Positions 36,139 through 40,574 of a stretch of DNA of 40,574 nucleotides are shown in pieces. Every line of letters starts with the position of its first letter. The stretch's first letter is position 1. Source of the stretch: Octopus sinensis. Lineage: Eukaryota. Below the pieces are notes generated by a model that was not told the DNA's origin, made no database searches, and was given only the letters and a program-made list of their open reading frames with translations. The stretch lies in NCBI RefSeq assembly GCF_006345805.1, contig NW_021835398.1:1-40574 (forward strand). The letters are read 5' to 3'. The position numbers were made by a program, and so were the translations under genes.

Positions 36139-36705
36139 TAATATGTATGTTATATCTATCTGTCTAATATATATATATATATGTATGTGAACGTGTGTGT
36201 GTGTGAGTGTGTGTGTGTACGTGTGTGTGTGTGCGTGCGTGTGTGTGTGTTGCGTATGTGCGTGTTTGACAATGTATAACATGAATAGATTCATTTTTCC
36301 CATTCAAGCCGTAATGCGTTTCGGGGAGATGTGCTACTTTAACAGAGTTTGAAAAAACACTAACTCTTTTAAATACATCGCCAAGAGGCCCAGGTGCTCC
36401 TTCTTAGCTTGTCTATCACTCAACAACACTTGATGGGTGGGGATCTAAATGAATGATTTGTTAACTGAATTATATTGCTAAGCGTTTAACAATGACCCAT
36501 AAACTGTTGAATACAACTTCTCATACGTCTTATGTGTGTTTTCCGAGCGGAAATCTTAAAGAATGAAACATTTATAAGCAAAAGATCTTACTGAGGTGAG
36601 AGGTTTTCCTAGGTATACAACGCCTCACCTACAATGAAGCGAATTTTCGTTTTATAGCGGAATGAATCACGTAGATACACACGTATGCTTTTATTTCAGA
36701 CGTGC

Positions 36706-36736
<31 letters not shown>

Positions 36737-36806
36737 GTATGTATGTATGATGTATGTATGTATGTATTATGCATGATTGTAGGCAGGCATGTATGTATAT
36801 ATATAT

Positions 36807-36852
<46 letters not shown>

Positions 36853-37230
36853 ATATATACATATATATAGAGAGAGAGAGATAGATATATATTGTTATAT
36901 GTTATTATTATTATATTATATTATACTAACAACCTCTCCTATTTATTTGTCTCTTTGTATGTATGTATGTATGTAAGTACGTATGTATATGAGTGAGTAT
37001 GACTAGTGTGAACGCGTGTATATAATATTGCGTGTATGTATATACACACACACACACACACTCACATATATATATACACATATATACACGCACCCACACA
37101 TATGCGTATATATAATCTGTTTGTCGTATTAAGCATTAGAGTGGCACTTCTTCAGACCTAAATCAAAGGTGCGCTCTTACACTACCCAATTTATGTTAGA
37201 TAGACAGACTAGCAGACGGCTGAATAATGA

Positions 37231-37778
37231 CCGAGGTCGACTTTGCCTTTCATCCTTTCGGGGTCGATAAATTAAATACCAGTTACGCACTGGGGTCGAT
37301 ATAATCGACTTAATCCGTTTGTCTGTCCTTGTTTTTCCCCTTTGTGTTTAGCCCCTTGTGGGTAATAAAGAAATAGGTATTTCGTCTGCCGCTACGTTCT
37401 GAGTTCAACTTCCGCCGAGGTCGACTTTGCCTTTCATCCTTTAGGGGTCGATAAATAAAGTACCAGTTGCATTCTGGTGTCGATCTAATCGACTGACCCT
37501 CCACTCACCTAAAAAAGAAAAAGAATTTCGTGCCTTGTGACTAGAGTAGAATAGAATATTTCGAAGGCGGCGAGCTGGCAGAAACATTAACACGCCGGGC
37601 GAAATGTTAACGGTATTTCGTCTGTCTTTATATACTGACTTAAAATTCCGCCGAGGTCGACTTTGACTTTCATCCTTTCAGGGTCAATAAATTAAGTACC
37701 AGTTGCGTACTGGGATCGATCTAATTGATTGGCACCCTCCCCTAAAATTTCGGGCCTTGTGCCTAGAGTAGAAAAGGA
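37231..37778 (+). mobile_element. SINE-B dimer immediately followed by a SINE-B monomer
   Basis: gaggtcgactttg..tttcatccttt occurs three times; a new head ggcggcgagctggcagaa begins at ~37566. Confidence 0.9.
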
Positions 37779-37796
37779 TATTTCCCTAAATTAATA

Positions 37797-38241
37797 CTAG
37801 TGTGGTTAAAAAGATTGCTTTCGAAGTTGGTGGTTTCGTTTTCAGTCCGACCGCACAGCATTTTGAGCAAGTGTTTCTGCTACAGCCCCGAGCTGTCCGG
37901 TGCCTTGCGAGTGAGTTTGGTAGATGGAAAAATTATGAAAGCCCGTCGTGTATGTTTGTCTGTCTGTGTGTCATTGAGTCTGTGCTTGTCCTCCCACCAC
38001 TTGACAACCGGTGTTCATTCGTTTACCTCCCCATAATTTAGTAGAGACCAGTAACATAAATACCTTAGTATAAGTGCCAATAGTACCTTTGTACCCATCG
38101 AATAAGTACTTTAAAAAGAAAACAAAGACAAGTAAAATATAATAGGAAGTGGAGTCGATTTATTTGACGAAAACTTTCCAAGGTGGTGCCCCAGTATGGT
38201 CACACACTCCAGTGACTGAAACAAGCAAGAGAAATATAAAG
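37797..38241 (+). mobile_element. SINE-A, diverged
   Basis: ttggtagatggaaa...gaaagcccgtcg; cacttgacaaccggtgt; caaggtggtgccccagtatggtc...gactgaaacaag. Confidence 0.7.
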
Positions 38242-38745
38242 AAGTGTGTATGTAGACGAGCGAACTAGTTATTGTCATATAAAATAATTACTACCAAACA
38301 TAACACAATAGCCAAACATGAACCTAAAATATAGGCTACAGATTATTAAATGATAAAAGATTAAAATACAAATCCTTTAATATAACGCTTGGATGTTCGC
38401 TATCACAACGTGTTCGAGGTTATTTGAGTCCTTTTTAGTAGGGAGTTCTGAGAAGGATTAACACTGAATATTAATTATGAGATTATCAGGTTGGTGTGAA
38501 GCAGTACACAATTAAAAAGGTAAAAAGGTTATTAAGAGTGTGAAGTTGTAATACTTTAGTAATGGCGGAGTGCTCCATGTCTATACACTTCTTCAATCCA
38601 GCTTCGTACAACTAATCCGGCGCGAATTTTTCATTATACATGTACCAATGTATTTTTGTATGTTGAAAATAAGACGAAAATCTATATAAATCTGAGGCGT
38701 CCATATGCCTGCTTGCATATATACGTACATAGGTACATATTCTAT

Positions 38746-39108
38746 TTTACTCTTTTACTTGCTTCAGTCGTTTGACTGCGGCCATACTGGAGCACCGCCT
38801 TTAGTCAAAGAAATCTACTCCAGGACTTATTCTTTGTAAGCCTAGTACTTATTCTATCGGTCTCTTTTGCCGAACCGCTAAGTTACGGGGACGTAAGCAC
38901 ACCAACATTGGTTGTCAAGCGATGTTGGAAGACAAAGACAGACACACAACCATATACATATACGACGAGCTTCTATCAGATTCCGTCTGCCAAATCCACT
39001 CACAAGGCTATAGTAGATGACACTTGCCTAAGGTGCCACGCAGTGGGACTGAACCCAGAACCATGTGATTGGTAAGCAAGCTACTTACGACACAGCTACT
39101 CCTGCGCC
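38746..39108 (-). mobile_element. SINE-A, full length with a small internal deletion
   Basis: Complete from tail to cacagctactcctgcgcc; cacaaggctatag lacks the ttggtcgg..cgaggct segment between two aggct repeats present in other copies. Confidence 0.92.
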
Positions 39109-39127
39109 AATATATGCGTACCTACAT

Positions 39128-39360
39128 GTATGGATTCCACATGGAATAGGGGTGGATGTTTTCAAGAAACAACTTGACCTACTGTTTCCAGGGTTTCTGA
39201 TTATCCAACAATATGGCAAGAAACTCAAAACATGGCAGCAATGTTGAACTCCCTCCACCAACAGCCGATCGCATAAGGATGGCCCTTGCAAATGTGATTA
39301 CACTGCCAGAGCTCCAGCATGGCCAGAGCCTTTGCGCTGAAACGCATAAGAGAATAAAAG
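39128..39360 (+). mobile_element. Degenerate 3' end of CR1-group LINE
   Basis: HGIGVDVFKKQLDLLF..QETQNMAAMLNSL aligns by eye with the C-terminus at 33300-33480; ends gctccagcatggccagagcc...ctgaaacgcataagagaataaaag. Confidence 0.75.
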
Positions 39361-39882
39361 TACTGACACTGGGGTACAAATATACAAAGCCTAATATACC
39401 CATCATGACTACCCGTCTGATACCAGGCACATGCAACACAACAATATGTGCGCGACATAGTGATTTTCTATCAAGATGAACAGCGCATACCCTTGCAGGT
39501 GGGGCCTAGTTAGAATTTTCTTCAAGTCGAGAAGCCCATCCCGCTCAAAAGGTCCTTGAGTGAGGATTGTTTAAGTATGTTTAACAAAGTACCCATGTTT
39601 CCAAAGGTAAATTATCTCAACCCGAAAGAATTCCTCTCAACACATGGCTATGATGCTTCCCCACTACTTCTGCTTGTGATCAGCGATGCACACATCGTCA
39701 GCCACTAAGGGGCATGCTCAAGTGGTTAAGGTCAAACAACTGACAAGCAAATCTGTGGTATTGAGCAGAATATTTGCTGTAGCCCATCTTTTATACCAAG
39801 GCAAAGTAATGTGCATGATAACAGTTCCAATCAGTTAAGATCAGGAGCCATGAAAGCCACTGCCTGGTAATGCATCAGGCCA
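39361..39882. mobile_element. Unclassified interspersed repeat abutting an (ATT)n array
   Basis: Higher-complexity segment that I recall as a common octopus repeat; single copy here, so there is no in-window confirmation. Confidence 0.4.
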
Positions 39883-39915
39883 TATTATTATTATTATTAT
39901 CATTATTATTATTAC

Positions 39916-39977
<62 letters not shown>
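39882..39977. repeat. (ATT)n microsatellite
   Basis: Directly visible. Confidence 0.95.
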
Positions 39978-39978
<1 letters not shown>

Positions 39979-40135
39979 TGTTGTTCCCTGTTGCCATTGT
40001 TCTCATACATAATACATATTTTTGAATTGGAATGGTAAAGAAAGCTTGTCATTTATTAATGTCAATACTAGTGGCATCACATCCCCATCATTATCATCAT
40101 CATCACTATTATCATTAATACAACATCATCATGAA

Positions 40136-40136
<1 letters not shown>

Positions 40137-40195
<59 letters not shown>
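40137..40195. repeat. (GTA)n microsatellite, ~19 units
   Basis: Directly visible. Confidence 0.95.
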
Positions 40196-40197
<2 letters not shown>

Positions 40198-40574
40198 TTA
40201 TCACGTTCCTCAACTTGTCTAGCCTTCTGTCCAATCTCTGACAATTTTGTCCATGTGTATTTACTGTTAATCTTCTTAATCCATTTGGCGGACGATTGTT
40301 AATTTGCATATTATTTTGTGACGTCATTGAATGGTAATTAACGAACGACGTGCGGAGGGGGGGGCGGATACACGAGAATTTCGACGAGGAGAAGAGAATC
40401 GAAGGAGAGTAGTGATTCTGTTAATGTATGAACCCGTGCTTGTATGTAAGTATATGTGTTTGTGTGTGTGTATGTATCTTTGTATCTATAGATGTGTATG
40501 CATATGGATGTATGTATGCGTGTATATAAACATGCGTGTGTGCGCGCGTGTATATACATGTGTGTATTTAAATA

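Noticed and set aside
961-38570. Several ATGGCG / YY1-like words (961, 18432, ~22996, ~23702, ~38562)
   Set aside because: Short motif, scattered, no supporting context.
38290-38600. Possible additional Penelope-like fragment
   Set aside because: Only a vague compositional resemblance; no diagnostic motif or in-window homologue.
890-40559. Dozens of 60-240 aa ORFs rich in IY, VC, HT, YVCM, poly-I, poly-H, poly-S or poly-R
   Set aside because: They are translations of stop-free di-, tri- and tetranucleotide repeats and carry no protein-family signal.

Overview
Eukaryotic, AT-rich, repeat-dominated DNA with no host protein-coding gene I can recognise; it is most likely intergenic or a very large intron. 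The density of compound microsatellites and the SINE families resemble what I recall of octopus (coleoid cephalopod) genomes; this assignment is from memory and was not searched. Contents: about 18 copies of one tRNA-headed SINE (my label SINE-A), about 8 loci of a second SINE that forms internal multimers (SINE-B), three related tRNA/CORE-like SINEs (SINE-C), a CR1/L2/Jockey-group LINE reverse-transcriptase fragment (8746-9768) plus two 3' ends of such a LINE, an RTE-X-like 3' end, two MITEs, a Helitron-like remnant, and several Penelope-like ends carrying type I hammerhead-ribozyme-shaped motifs. Almost all ORFs in the supplied track are translations of microsatellites. The most interesting signals are the hammerhead motifs (including a fold-back dimer at 34033-34446), the SINE-B multimers with recurrent junctions, the tail shared by SINE-A and the LINE, a ~129-bp higher-order repeat that grew inside a SINE, and a few unique islands with exon-like or promoter-like signals. 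I see no evidence of a novel multi-gene system. Repeat boundaries are read by eye and are approximate to about 10 bp.
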